Positions 56,311 through 64,000 of a DNA stretch of 64,000 nucleotides are shown one piece after another. Below the pieces are notes generated by a model, which was not told where the DNA came from, made no database searches, and worked only from the letters and a program-made list of their open reading frames with translations. Both the position numbers and the translations under genes were made by a program. Each line of letters opens with the position of its first letter. Position 1 is the first letter of the stretch. Where the stretch lies: assembly GCA_002688435.1 (NCBI GenBank), contig NZCW01000043.1, forward strand, positions 23,730 to 87,729. The letters are read 5' to 3'. This DNA comes from Dehalococcoidales bacterium. GTDB taxonomy: Bacteria > Chloroflexota > Dehalococcoidia > Dehalococcoidales > RBG-16-60-22.

Positions 56311-56772
56311 TCAGACCTCCAGTGTACAGGTAAGAGCTACCTCGTCGCAATCGGGGAACTTGGGGCAGCGGTAGCACTCGGTCCAGACCTTGCGGGGCAG
56401 CTCCATCCGGTCCACCTGATAGAAGCCGAGTTTCTCAAAGAAACTTGGCTGGTAGGTCAGGCAGAAAACGGTGGCGATGCCAAGCTCCCTGGCTTCCTGG
56501 AAGCAGGCTTCGACCAACCGGGTACCGATGCCCTGTTGCTGTATATTCTTGGCTACGACCACCGACCTTATCTCGGCCAAGTCTGCCCAGCAAATGTGCA
56601 GTGCCGCGCTGGCAAGTATTTGCTCACTCTGCCGGATGACGAAATAATCCCTGATATTCTCGTATATCTCGCTCAGTGGGCGGCCCAGCATCTCACCTTT
56701 ATCGGCAAAGTGGTTAATCAGCCGATGTATCTGCGGTACGTCTTGGATTTTGGCTTTTTCTATTTCTCCCAA
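56311..56772 (-). CDS. GNAT-family N-acetyltransferase
   Basis: 153 aa. The acetyl-CoA-binding motif is QQQGIGTRLV. Confidence 0.8.
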   Translation of the reverse strand: MGEIEKAKIQDVPQIHRLINHFADKGEMLGRPLSEIYENIRDYFVIRQSEQILASAALHICWADLAEIRSVVVAKNIQQQGIGTRLVEACFQEARELGIATVFCLTYQPSFFEKLGFYQVDRMELPRKVWTECYRCPKFPDCDEVALTCTLEV

Positions 56773-56773
56773 T

Positions 56774-57655
56774 TTATTGCTTTCCTTTCAGCTTTTGTTC
56801 TAGGGAGCGGTAAAAATCAGTTTCTGGGTGGATTCTTAAAAATCGGGTCGTGTTCGGGCTGTGCTTTACCGTAACCGTGGCGCCATCCGGTAACGGCTGG
56901 CTGATATGCCCGTCAATGCTTAATGTTGCCGGGTACACCGCAGTGAGGCGCAGTTGTACTACGGCCGTGGCTGGTAGTACAATCGTATAGGCCGGGCTGA
57001 GATGGGGTGTTATCGGCACCAGTAGGAAATCGCTGGACTGAGGATAGAAGATGGGTCCGCCAGCGGCTAATGAGTAAGCGGTGCTGCCCGTGGCGGTGGC
57101 CGCGATTAGTCCATCGGCTTTATAGCTGGCCAAAGGCTGGCTGTTAACACTGGCTTCTATCTGGACCAGTCGGGCAACTGCTCCCCGCGCCACGACCACG
57201 TCGTTCAGGGCGTGAAATGTACTGGGTAATTTCGGGTCGGTAAAGGAAACCTCGACTTCAAGCATGGCCCGTTCATCTATCCAGCCCTTTCCTGCCAGTA
57301 GGGAAGGGAGTATCTCCAAGGCCTCGTCGGCGTTGATCTCAGTCATAAAGCCCAGCCGGCCTAGGTTTACCCCGGTAATCGGGGTCGTTTCGGGGAGGGC
57401 TACGTGGGTGGCCCGTAAAATGGTGCCGTCACCGCCAACGCTGATAATCAGGTCGGTGCCGACCAGCCGGGATCTGGCTTCTTCCTCTTCCCAGGCGGAG
57501 CATAGCCAAGTAGAGATACCCTGAGAAACCAGGAAGTTCCGTAGTTCAGCGGCCTTGGTGTGGGCGGCTTCAACCACGGGATGATAGAGTATGCCGATTT
57601 TCTTCAACGTTGCTACCTGCTTTATCGGTCTGATGGGACTAGTCGGTAATATCAA
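56774..57655 (-). CDS. nadK: NAD(+) kinase
   Basis: 293 aa. It has the GGDGT motif, and TGSTAYSLAAGGP. Confidence 0.88.
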   Translation of the reverse strand: MILPTSPIRPIKQVATLKKIGILYHPVVEAAHTKAAELRNFLVSQGISTWLCSAWEEEEARSRLVGTDLIISVGGDGTILRATHVALPETTPITGVNLGRLGFMTEINADEALEILPSLLAGKGWIDERAMLEVEVSFTDPKLPSTFHALNDVVVARGAVARLVQIEASVNSQPLASYKADGLIAATATGSTAYSLAAGGPIFYPQSSDFLLVPITPHLSPAYTIVLPATAVVQLRLTAVYPATLSIDGHISQPLPDGATVTVKHSPNTTRFLRIHPETDFYRSLEQKLKGKQ

Positions 57656-57759
57656 TTATTATTAGGGGATAGAGAAAGTGTAACAATTACGGTTGCGTAG
57701 TGTCAAGCTAATAAATCTAACAAGATAAGGTTAAAAAACTGCAAGCCGTCCCGGCGGCG

Positions 57760-57768
57760 TGTTATAAT
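57760..57768 (+). promoter_or_regulatory. Extended -10 element (TGTTATAAT) upstream of nusB
   Basis: TATAAT lies at 57763-57768 and is preceded by TGT. It overlaps the track's TTG start (57767), which is therefore unlikely to be a real start. Confidence 0.45.
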
Positions 57769-57793
57769 GTTAGATTGGGTTTTAGAGAAAATT

Positions 57794-58204
57794 ATGACTG
57801 GGATGCGGCGGAAAGCAAGAGCTATGGCCCTTCAGGCCCTGTATGAGGTTGATTCCGTGGGGCACGGGGTGGGAAAAGTCACCGAGCGTCTTCTGACGGA
57901 GGTGGAAATGCCAGAGGGAAATAGCGCTTTTATTCGCGAGACGGTAAGTCAGGTGTTACGGAACCAGAAAGAGATTGATGTTACCATCCAGAAATTTGCT
58001 ACCGCTTGGCCGGTGGCCCAGTTGCCAGTAATCGACCGGAATATAATCAGGCTTGCAATCTTTGAGATTTTGTTTGATAATAGAGTGTCAGTTAAGGTAG
58101 CCATAAATGAGGCGGTGGAACTGGCTAAGAAATATGGCAGTGATAATTCGCCGAAGTTTGTTAACGGAGTTCTGGGCTCGGTTAGTGCCCTAACCGATAG
58201 ATGA
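57794..58204 (+). CDS. nusB: Transcription antitermination factor NusB
   Basis: It has RRKARAMALQALYEVD and ELAKKYG..SPKFVNGVLG. The start is the ATG at 57794 or 57803. Confidence 0.88.
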   Translation: MTGMRRKARAMALQALYEVDSVGHGVGKVTERLLTEVEMPEGNSAFIRETVSQVLRNQKEIDVTIQKFATAWPVAQLPVIDRNIIRLAIFEILFDNRVSVKVAINEAVELAKKYGSDNSPKFVNGVLGSVSALTDR

Positions 58205-58228
58205 GAGACCTTGGAAAGGGGGTAGAAA

Positions 58229-58489
58229 GTGGCGACTATCTTTGAGCGAATCAAACCATTGATTGTGGAGCAGTTGGGTGTGGAAGAATCGACAGTGGTA
58301 CCCACCGCGAGTTTTGTCGAAGATTTGGGCGCTGATTCTCTGGATCTGGTAGAGCTGATTATGTCTCTGGAAGAGGAGTTTAGTAACCCGGGCCGGAAAG
58401 TTGAGATACCAGATGAAGATGCAGAGAAGATAATAACCATTCAGGATGCGATTGATTATATCAAAGACCAGAGTGTCGAAGACGAGTAG
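58229..58489 (+). CDS. acpP: Acyl carrier protein
   Basis: 86 aa. It has the [13 protein letters not shown] phosphopantetheine-attachment motif and a GTG start, with AAGGGGG 6 nt upstream. Confidence 0.9.
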   Translation: MATIFERIKPLIVEQLGVEESTVVPTASFVEDLGADSLDLVELIMSLEEEFSNPGRKVEIPDEDAEKIITIQDAIDYIKDQSVEDE

Positions 58490-58658
58490 ACAACTTTCCC
58501 TGGATGGCTGATATAGTAAAGATAACTCAACACCAAAACAATGTTAGGCTATTGTTTGTCTCGTACTTCCAGTTGACCGCCGTCAAATGGCTATAAAGCA
58601 TGTTTAATTAAACCGCCCGCTATTTAATTTAGGAACTAACCCCTGAGGAGGTGCCGGA

Positions 58659-59048
58659 ATGCCCAAATACTGGTTTGACCATGTCCACCTCATTAGCCCC
58701 GACCCCGTTAAGACCGTCGCATTTTACGAAAAGGCTTTCGGCGCTAAAGATGAAGGCACTCTGGAGCTGGCTGACGGACGTATTCTTACCTCCGTCGGAC
58801 TTGACGGGATGTCAATCAAAGCCACGTCACCGAAAGACGTACCACTGGTGCCTAATACCCTGCCCGGCGGCTGTGGTCTGGAGCATTTTGGGTTGTTGAC
58901 CGATAACTTGGAAGCCGCCGTAGCCGAGCTTAAGGTGAAGGGATTAAGGTTCGTCAAGGAGATAACCGAGATAAACCCCAAAACTAGGATAGCCTTTTTC
59001 CTCAGTCCGGAAGATATCCTGGTCGAGCTTGTGGAAAGAAGCGACTGA
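58659..59048 (+). CDS. VOC/glyoxalase-family protein
   Basis: 129 aa. It has FDHVHL, LEHFGL and VELVE motifs, with GAGGAGG upstream. Confidence 0.75.
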   Translation: MPKYWFDHVHLISPDPVKTVAFYEKAFGAKDEGTLELADGRILTSVGLDGMSIKATSPKDVPLVPNTLPGGCGLEHFGLLTDNLEAAVAELKVKGLRFVKEITEINPKTRIAFFLSPEDILVELVERSD

Positions 59049-59092
59049 TTAGCAGGTAAGGTGGCTCTTTGCTGGCTTATCTTCGAACCTTC

Positions 59093-60433
59093 TTATGAAG
59101 TAACGGATAGCCGGAACAGATCCGCCGGGTTGTCCCTCAATATTTTCCTCGCTAGGGCGGTGGCTTCATTTTCATTTAGGTAGCCTTCGGTAACCTTCTC
59201 AGAGAGGACGCGGGCCACCACCTGCCGCGCCATGCGGGCGTGTCCGTAAGCCATTTCTACGGTAATCGCGTCTCCGCCATAAGCCATTATCTTGTTGCTC
59301 GGGACGGTCTCAATCAGCTCGTGGAGGAGGCGCCGACCTATCCCTGGTGAGATAATATGTACCCAGCAAAGGTCGGCATAAACGTTGGCGAAGTTCTTGG
59401 CTAGTGTGGCCCACTCGTGGACGTAGGGGTAGCCCCCGTGAAACAGGTCGAATTTTGCCTCACGGTACTCGATGAAGAGGTTAATCAGGTGGGTGGGGTT
59501 GGCGTTGGTAATGATGTTCTCGTTCCCTTCTTGGAGGCCGGTGTGTATCTGGAGGGGTAGTCCCGTCTCGATAACCGCCCGTATTACCTGGTGCATCATA
59601 TAGTCCTGGAGTGGCTTGGCCTCAAGCCACGCGACACCATCGCCCAGGTGCCGGGCAATCCGGTTGAAGGCCACCTCGGCCTCGTTCTGGGACACTTTGT
59701 CGTATTGCAGGGTGCGGTCATAGGCTAGGCTGCTCTTGATACCCACCACCCCACTGGCCACGTATTTTCCCAGAATGGTCTGCATTGCCCTGACTAGGTC
59801 GTCCAGGGAGTGTATCGCTATTCCCGTTTCTTCCTCCAGGGAGGCGAGGTCCCGCCGAGACTGCGCGATGATGTAATGGTCCAAGCGCATTACTGGGGCA
59901 AATAATTCCCGATCCACCTCGGTGATTTGCGCGTCGAGGATGGACACAGCGATATTGGCCTTTTCCTTCATGACGTGGCGGTACCAGCCGGGCCGCCGCG
60001 AGTTGGCAATCGCCCTGGAGAGCTGAGAATAAGTATCACCGTTCAGGTCATCAATGCCGAACAGTCCCTTAATGGCCATGAGCGTCTGTTTAAGCATAGG
60101 CGGTGTTGCGTATCGCTTCCCAGAAGGGCACTATGTGGCCTGCCATCGTTCCTCTAGAGTCATGTCGGTGCGCTCTGGCTCCGGGATGACCCGGTGTAGT
60201 TTCATACGTTTGATATGGGCCAGCCGGTAGTGGTGCATCGGGAGACGGGCGGCCTCCATCAGGCGCGGCGGCATCCCCGCCGACACCAGGTCGCTGGTGT
60301 TGTAGTGGGCGAAAAGGTAACCGAAGTCTACGGCATACCGGCCCCGTTCTGCTTCGGGCATGATATGCTCGTGGGTGTCTACTAGAGGGATTTCTTCTAC
60401 CACTGATTTTATCCGTTCATTGACTTGTTCCAT
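59093..60433 (-). pseudogene. Amidohydrolase-2-type metal-dependent hydrolase interrupted by an in-frame TAG (60133-60131)
   Basis: ORFs 60131..60433 (VDTHEHI metal motif) and 59093..60097 are in the same frame and together span about 446 codons. Around the stop, an alternative frame reads HIVPFWEAIRNTAYA. This looks more protein-like than the in-frame T*CPSGKRYATPP. Confidence 0.6.
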
Positions 60434-60514
60434 GGCGGCTCCTGTCTACGGGGTGAATACTGACCTGGCGGTTAATCCGGGCGTAAAACCGTATCAATGA
60501 AAACCTGCGGTAGG

Positions 60515-60523
60515 ATTATATCA
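60515..60523 (-). promoter_or_regulatory. Extended -10 element (TGATATAAT) upstream of the interrupted amidohydrolase gene
   Basis: The reverse complement of 60515-60523 is TGATATAAT. A TTACCA lies 17 nt upstream. Confidence 0.4.
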
Positions 60524-60632
60524 CCCGAGGGTAGGCTTGGTAAACAATAGGGCTGAGAATGGTGAGTCAGATAGTTTAGAAATTGAGCTAGGTTGTTACG
60601 AAAAATGAACTAAAAATCGGATAAAAAATAAT

Positions 60633-60661
60633 TTGCATCATGAAATTCAATGTGCTATAAT
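60633..60661 (+). promoter_or_regulatory. Near-consensus sigma70 promoter (TTGCAT, 17 nt spacer, TGcTATAAT)
   Basis: TTGCAT lies at 60633-60638 and TATAAT at 60656-60661, preceded by TGC. An A/T-rich UP-like tract lies upstream (60601-60632). Confidence 0.6.
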
Positions 60662-60869
60662 AACTATGTATTCTGATACGTATTTATCGGCCCGCAGTCG
60701 GGCATTAAGTGGGGTGGATGGCGGGTGGATCTTGGTTCGCCCCGGTTTTTATTACTCCGGCCACCGCGTATGTTCTAAATCTTCTGTCTGCTGGCTTTAC
60801 GAGTAAAGTATCTGGCTTGCTTTTAGCTACGGGATATTTGCCCGTGTCTATTTTGAGAAAGGAGGTTAA

Positions 60870-61028
60870 ATGGAGGAAGAAGTAGCCAAACGAAGGTGGC
60901 ACTTCATGAGTATCCACGAGAAATTCTTCACGGTGGTGATAATGGCATCTCTGGCCGTCGGGTTCGGTCTGCTGGTTCTGGAAGCCAGTGGCTTGGTAGT
61001 ACTACCGGGAATCCTGGGGTCCCTTTAA
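60870..61028 (+). CDS. Small (52 aa) membrane peptide, absent from the supplied ORF track
   Basis: AAGGAGG at 60859-60865 is followed by the ATG at 60870. The peptide is MEEEVAKRRWHFMSIHEKFFTVVIMASLAVGFGLLVLEASGLVVLPGILGSL. It has a charged N-terminus and one or two hydrophobic segments. A canonical terminator follows. Confidence 0.5.
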   Translation: MEEEVAKRRWHFMSIHEKFFTVVIMASLAVGFGLLVLEASGLVVLPGILGSL

Positions 61029-61062
61029 CCGAGACTCAGGAAAAGGTCTTCATGAAGGTGTG

Positions 61063-61096
61063 AGCCCTGAATGTATTTAGGGCTTTTTCCTTTTTT
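61063..61096 (+). terminator. Rho-independent terminator
   Basis: AGCCCT-gaatgtattt-AGGGCT forms a stem-loop, followed by TTTTCCTTTTTT. Confidence 0.7.
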
Positions 61097-61121
61097 AAGA
61101 GCGAGGCTACGAAAGTCGTGT

Positions 61122-62456
61122 TCACTGTGCTAAGTCCCGCGGTTTGAGTTCGGACAGTACCGAATACAAGATATTAAGTCCGCGCTCGGATTCTTCTTGG
61201 GTAATGGTGCACGGAGGACTGTAGCCCAGCCGATTGCTGACCACCCGCAATAAGGCTCCTTTCTCCACACCACGTCTTTGTATTATATCGGTCAGTCCGG
61301 GGCTAGGCCTACCCTTGGTTTTCTTGTCGGTCACAATCTCCACGGCGAGCATTAAGCCTAGCCCGTCCACTGTCCCGACGTAAGGCAGAGAAAGGAATTC
61401 TTTTTCCATCCGGCTCCGGGCGAGTTGCCCCACCTGAGCTACGTGTTCCGGGATACGTTCTTTGACATATATATCTATGCACTTGCTGGCCATGGCACAG
61501 CATATCGGATTACCTGACTCGGTGGAGCCGGCCGGGAAGAATTGTCCGGACAGTGTTTCAAAAATCTCACTGGAGACAGCCAGCGCGCCGAAGGGGAGAT
61601 AGCCGGCGACTATTCCTTTGGAAAGACACATCATATCCGGTACCACATTCCAGTGCTCGACGGCGAACATTTTGCCAGTCCGGGTAAATCCGGTCATGAC
61701 CTCGTCGTCAATATACAGAACGTCATACTTGTGGCAAATTTCCCGGATCATTGGGAAGTACTCGGGAGGTGGAGCCATAAAGCCGGCGGCACCCTGTTCC
61801 GGTTCGGCGATAAAGGCCGCCACGCTGTCCTTCCCCTCATTTTCAATGGTGTATTCCAGGAATCTGGCGCACTGCAGGCCGCAGCCGGGATATTCCTTAT
61901 CAAAGGCGCAGCGATAGCAGTAATAGGCGGGTATGTGAATGTGACCGGGTATCGGCGGCATCTCCTCGATGATTCCTTGGGCCAAGTTGGTAGCTCTGGC
62001 TACACCGCGACTCGTGCCGTGGTAGCCGTTACGCAGGCTGATGATTTTATACTTCCTGGTCCCTTTCGTCTTCCAGTACAGGTTGGCTACTCGGAAGGCG
62101 CTGTCTACCGTATCGGCACCGGTCTGGGTCCATAGAAAGTGGTCCAGTCCTTCGGGCAGGATGGTAGCCAATTTTTGGGCCAGTTCGATGCTGGGCCGGT
62201 TGGCAAAGCCGCGCAGGATGAAGGAAAAAGCTAACCGGTCCATTTGTTCTTTGGCGGCCTCAAGTACGCCCCGGTGATTATGTCCCAGGTTGACGTTGAT
62301 GGCCTGGGCGCTCAGGTCCATTAAGGTTTTACCGCTGGTGTCTTTGAGTATGACGCCATCGGCACTCTCAATGACGAGGCCTTGGTTCTTCTTCACGGGC
62401 GTCAGGCCGTGAAGAAGATGTTCGTTATCATACTTTATCAGATCTTCGGTGCGCAC
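61122..62456 (-). CDS. Class III (omega-type) PLP-dependent aminotransferase
   Basis: 444 aa. It has GYHGTS, DEVMTGFTRTG and LSKG (PLP lysine). The start is GTG, with GAGAGG 5 nt upstream. Confidence 0.85.
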   Translation of the reverse strand: MRTEDLIKYDNEHLLHGLTPVKKNQGLVIESADGVILKDTSGKTLMDLSAQAINVNLGHNHRGVLEAAKEQMDRLAFSFILRGFANRPSIELAQKLATILPEGLDHFLWTQTGADTVDSAFRVANLYWKTKGTRKYKIISLRNGYHGTSRGVARATNLAQGIIEEMPPIPGHIHIPAYYCYRCAFDKEYPGCGLQCARFLEYTIENEGKDSVAAFIAEPEQGAAGFMAPPPEYFPMIREICHKYDVLYIDDEVMTGFTRTGKMFAVEHWNVVPDMMCLSKGIVAGYLPFGALAVSSEIFETLSGQFFPAGSTESGNPICCAMASKCIDIYVKERIPEHVAQVGQLARSRMEKEFLSLPYVGTVDGLGLMLAVEIVTDKKTKGRPSPGLTDIIQRRGVEKGALLRVVSNRLGYSPPCTITQEESERGLNILYSVLSELKPRDLAQ

Positions 62457-62619
62457 AATTACCTCTCTCTTACCGGATAATATCAGAGTTAAAAATGTAA
62501 CCTGATGGTCTTACTCACCATTGCACGAACATTGGGATGTCTGTGTTTTTATCGTAACATTAACCGCTGGTAATCGCCATCATTGTACGGACAGAGGGAT
62601 ATCATTTCTTATGGATTAG

Positions 62620-62648
62620 AAGATACCATGCTGAAGAAGATGTGTCAA
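62620..62648 (-). promoter_or_regulatory. Sigma70-type promoter (TTGACA, 17 nt spacer, TATCTT with TGg) for the aminotransferase gene
   Basis: The reverse strand reads TTGACAcatcttcttcagcatggTATCTT. This is the same -35/-10 hexamer pair as the promoter at 24000-24028. Confidence 0.5.
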
Positions 62649-62783
62649 TTATAGTGATATAACCGGCTGCTTATTCGTACTCCTGCAAAGTATCATCGAG
62701 AATAAGTACTAGATTTCTCTAAATATTCCTCGGCGTTGTTCAATGGTGGCAGCATTTGCCCCCGTAGGGAACTGGCGCTCATG

Positions 62784-62813
62784 CTGCTTCAGTAGGTCCG
62801 CCTACTGAAGCAG
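62784..62813. repeat. Perfect 13-bp inverted repeat with a 4-nt loop
   Basis: CTGCTTCAGTAGG-tccg-CCTACTGAAGCAG. There is no flanking U-tract on either strand. Confidence 0.9.
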
Positions 62814-63015
62814 AAAAGCAGCCTCTTAAAAGCAATGCTGGGGAGTATCGGCTGAAGAAATTATCGGTCGTGCCCGCTTGCAGCAATAGCTGACATGTTA
62901 CCTAACGAAGGTTTCAAGGTTAGAATAAAAAATACGGACAGTATAGAATGCGTCACCGTATTTTTCAAGAATTGCTTGAATTTGAGGATGTTTGCAGTAT
63001 ACTGGATGCGGTCAC

Positions 63016-64000
63016 TCACTCATCGGAGAGGTCAGGAGGGAGTGTCTCCAGTCTTTGCTTTACCCTTTGTAAAAAGTTTACCGCCGTAGCTCCATCAATT
63101 ACCCTGTGATCATATGAGAGGGAAACGTACATCATGGAACGGATGGTAATCTGCTCCTCTATCACTACTGGGCTTTTCATCACCTTACCCATTCCCAGAA
63201 TGGCGCTCTCCGGGTAATTAATTAACGGCGTAAAAAAGAGGGAGCCAAAGACGCCTGAATTGGTGACCGTGAACGTCCCGGCTGATGCTTCAGACAGGGA
63301 GAGTTTCCCTATTCTCGCCTTCTCGGCTAATTCCTTTAGCTTCTGAGCTATTTCCCTGACGGTTTTTGCTTCAACGTTGTGAATCACAGGGACTACCAGC
63401 CCGCGTTCCGTAGTGGTAGCCACCCCAAGATTGACGTATTTCTTAACGACTATATTATTGCCAATCAGGCTTGAATTTATCAGGGGAAATTCTTGAAGGG
63501 CGACGATGGCCGCCTTGGCTACAAATGGCGTAAGCGGTATCTTCATCCGCTGGTGCATAGCTAATAGGCTGGTGACATCAACCTCGGCAAACGTGGTTGT
63601 CTGGGCTGCTATACTGTGACTCATAGTAACCCTATCAAACATGGCCTTCTTTATGCCCTCTAAGGGTACTATTTCCTCTTCTCTGTATTCAGGCCGGCGT
63701 TGGTCTATCTCTGGGGATTGGCTTTCCATGAATTTGGCTACATCTTTGGTGGTTACCAGGCCGTCCGGACCCGTCCCGGTTATATTGCTTATATTAATAT
63801 TTAACTCCGCCACCTTTCGGCGTGCCGCTGGAGAAACCGGCTTACGGTCAGTTAAACCCGGGCTAACCTGGTCTGCTGCCTCTACCCTCTCGGTTGACGA
63901 AACTACCGGTGATGAGGTAAAAACTTGGGCCTTTGACTCAGTTAGGCTGGCTTTCTCCTCAGGTTTACCAACAACGGCTAGCAAACCACCCACTTTCACT
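63016..64000 (-). CDS. 2-oxoacid dehydrogenase E2 component (dihydrolipoamide acyltransferase). The N-terminus lies beyond the window edge.
   Basis: It has an E3/E1-binding domain (PAARRKVAELNINISNITGTGPDGLV) and a catalytic domain with the SYDHRVIDG motif. The ORF remains open at position 64000. Confidence 0.88.
   Translation of the reverse strand, partial: VKVGGLLAVVGKPEEKASLTESKAQVFTSSPVVSSTERVEAADQVSPGLTDRKPVSPAARRKVAELNINISNITGTGPDGLVTTKDVAKFMESQSPEIDQRRPEYREEEIVPLEGIKKAMFDRVTMSHSIAAQTTTFAEVDVTSLLAMHQRMKIPLTPFVAKAAIVALQEFPLINSSLIGNNIVVKKYVNLGVATTTERGLVVPVIHNVEAKTVREIAQKLKELAEKARIGKLSLSEASAGTFTVTNSGVFGSLFFTPLINYPESAILGMGKVMKSPVVIEEQITIRSMMYVSLSYDHRVIDGATAVNFLQRVKQRLETLPPDLSDE

Noticed and set aside
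56080-56874. 264-aa + strand ORF overlapping the NUDIX, GNAT and nadK genes
   Set aside because: It crosses three well-supported minus-strand genes and has no motifs of its own.
60131-60133. Pyrrolysine (UAG) recoding in the amidohydrolase gene
   Set aside because: No pyl genes or PYLIS-like context are visible. The in-frame peptide around the TAG looks non-native, whereas a shifted frame looks native. Indels are the simpler explanation.
60700-60760. tRNA or tmRNA-like element (…TGGTTCGCCCC…)
   Set aside because: The GGTTCG resemblance to a T-loop is not accompanied by a complementary T-stem, an acceptor stem or a CCA-proximal structure.
60705-60917. 70-aa minus-strand ORF in the spacer
   Set aside because: It has no SD and an unremarkable composition. 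It overlaps the better-supported + strand promoter/leader/small-ORF unit.
62895-63089. 64-aa + strand ORF overlapping the 3' end of the E2 gene
   Set aside because: It has no SD, overlaps a strongly supported gene in antisense, and has no recognisable motif.
1-64000. CRISPR arrays, rRNA/tRNA genes, prophage or dedicated defence systems
   Set aside because: I found no regularly spaced direct repeats, no tRNA cloverleaf candidates, no rRNA-like conserved stretches, and no integrase, capsid, restriction or Cas-like proteins in any frame. The only mobile-element trace is the IS110 stub.

Overview
This 64 kb window is a gene-dense bacterial chromosomal segment with about 55 protein-coding genes. 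I found no rRNA, tRNA or CRISPR array. Bacterial housekeeping operons are clear: plsX-trxA-trxB, rplI-dnaB-dnaD-dnaC, nusB-acpP, folP-folK, and an aconitase-like/IDH/mdh/fumarase cluster. That gene content and synteny suggest a Chloroflexota (Dehalococcoidia-like) genome, but this is inference only.

The most unusual region is about 3.7-26.5 kb. A 988-aa secreted, C-terminally membrane-anchored, Asp-box beta-propeller surface protein carries about 14 N-X-S/T sequons. It has a strong promoter and a long 5' UTR. Downstream lies a glycan-biosynthesis island containing an archaeal/eukaryotic-type oligosaccharyltransferase (AglB/STT3 family, WWDYGHW motif). The island also has heptose-nucleotide genes (gmhB and a domain-swapped HldE-like gene), a sugar aminotransferase, dehydratase and epimerase, two B12-binding radical SAM enzymes, and TylF and FkbM methyltransferases. 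Signs of decay there include a multiply frameshifted GT4 glycosyltransferase and an IS110-family transposase remnant. Together these suggest an S-layer-type N-glycosylation system in a bacterium.

Other notable points:
- The DnaC/DnaI-like helicase loader contains two tandem AAA+ modules and overlaps dnaD by 83 nt.
- A MetH-activation-domain gene is interrupted by an in-frame TGA.
- An amidohydrolase gene is interrupted by an in-frame TAG, with a protein-like alternative frame around it.
- Two genes have conserved N-termini that require near-cognate (CTG or ATA) starts, each 8 nt after a strong SD.
- Ribosomal protein L9 has a long K/E-rich tail.
- An unannotated 52-aa membrane peptide ORF sits behind a near-consensus promoter and a roughly 200-nt leader.
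- Several short intergenic repeats and one perfect 13-bp inverted repeat are present.

All functional calls come from reading motifs in the supplied translations. No database searches were run.
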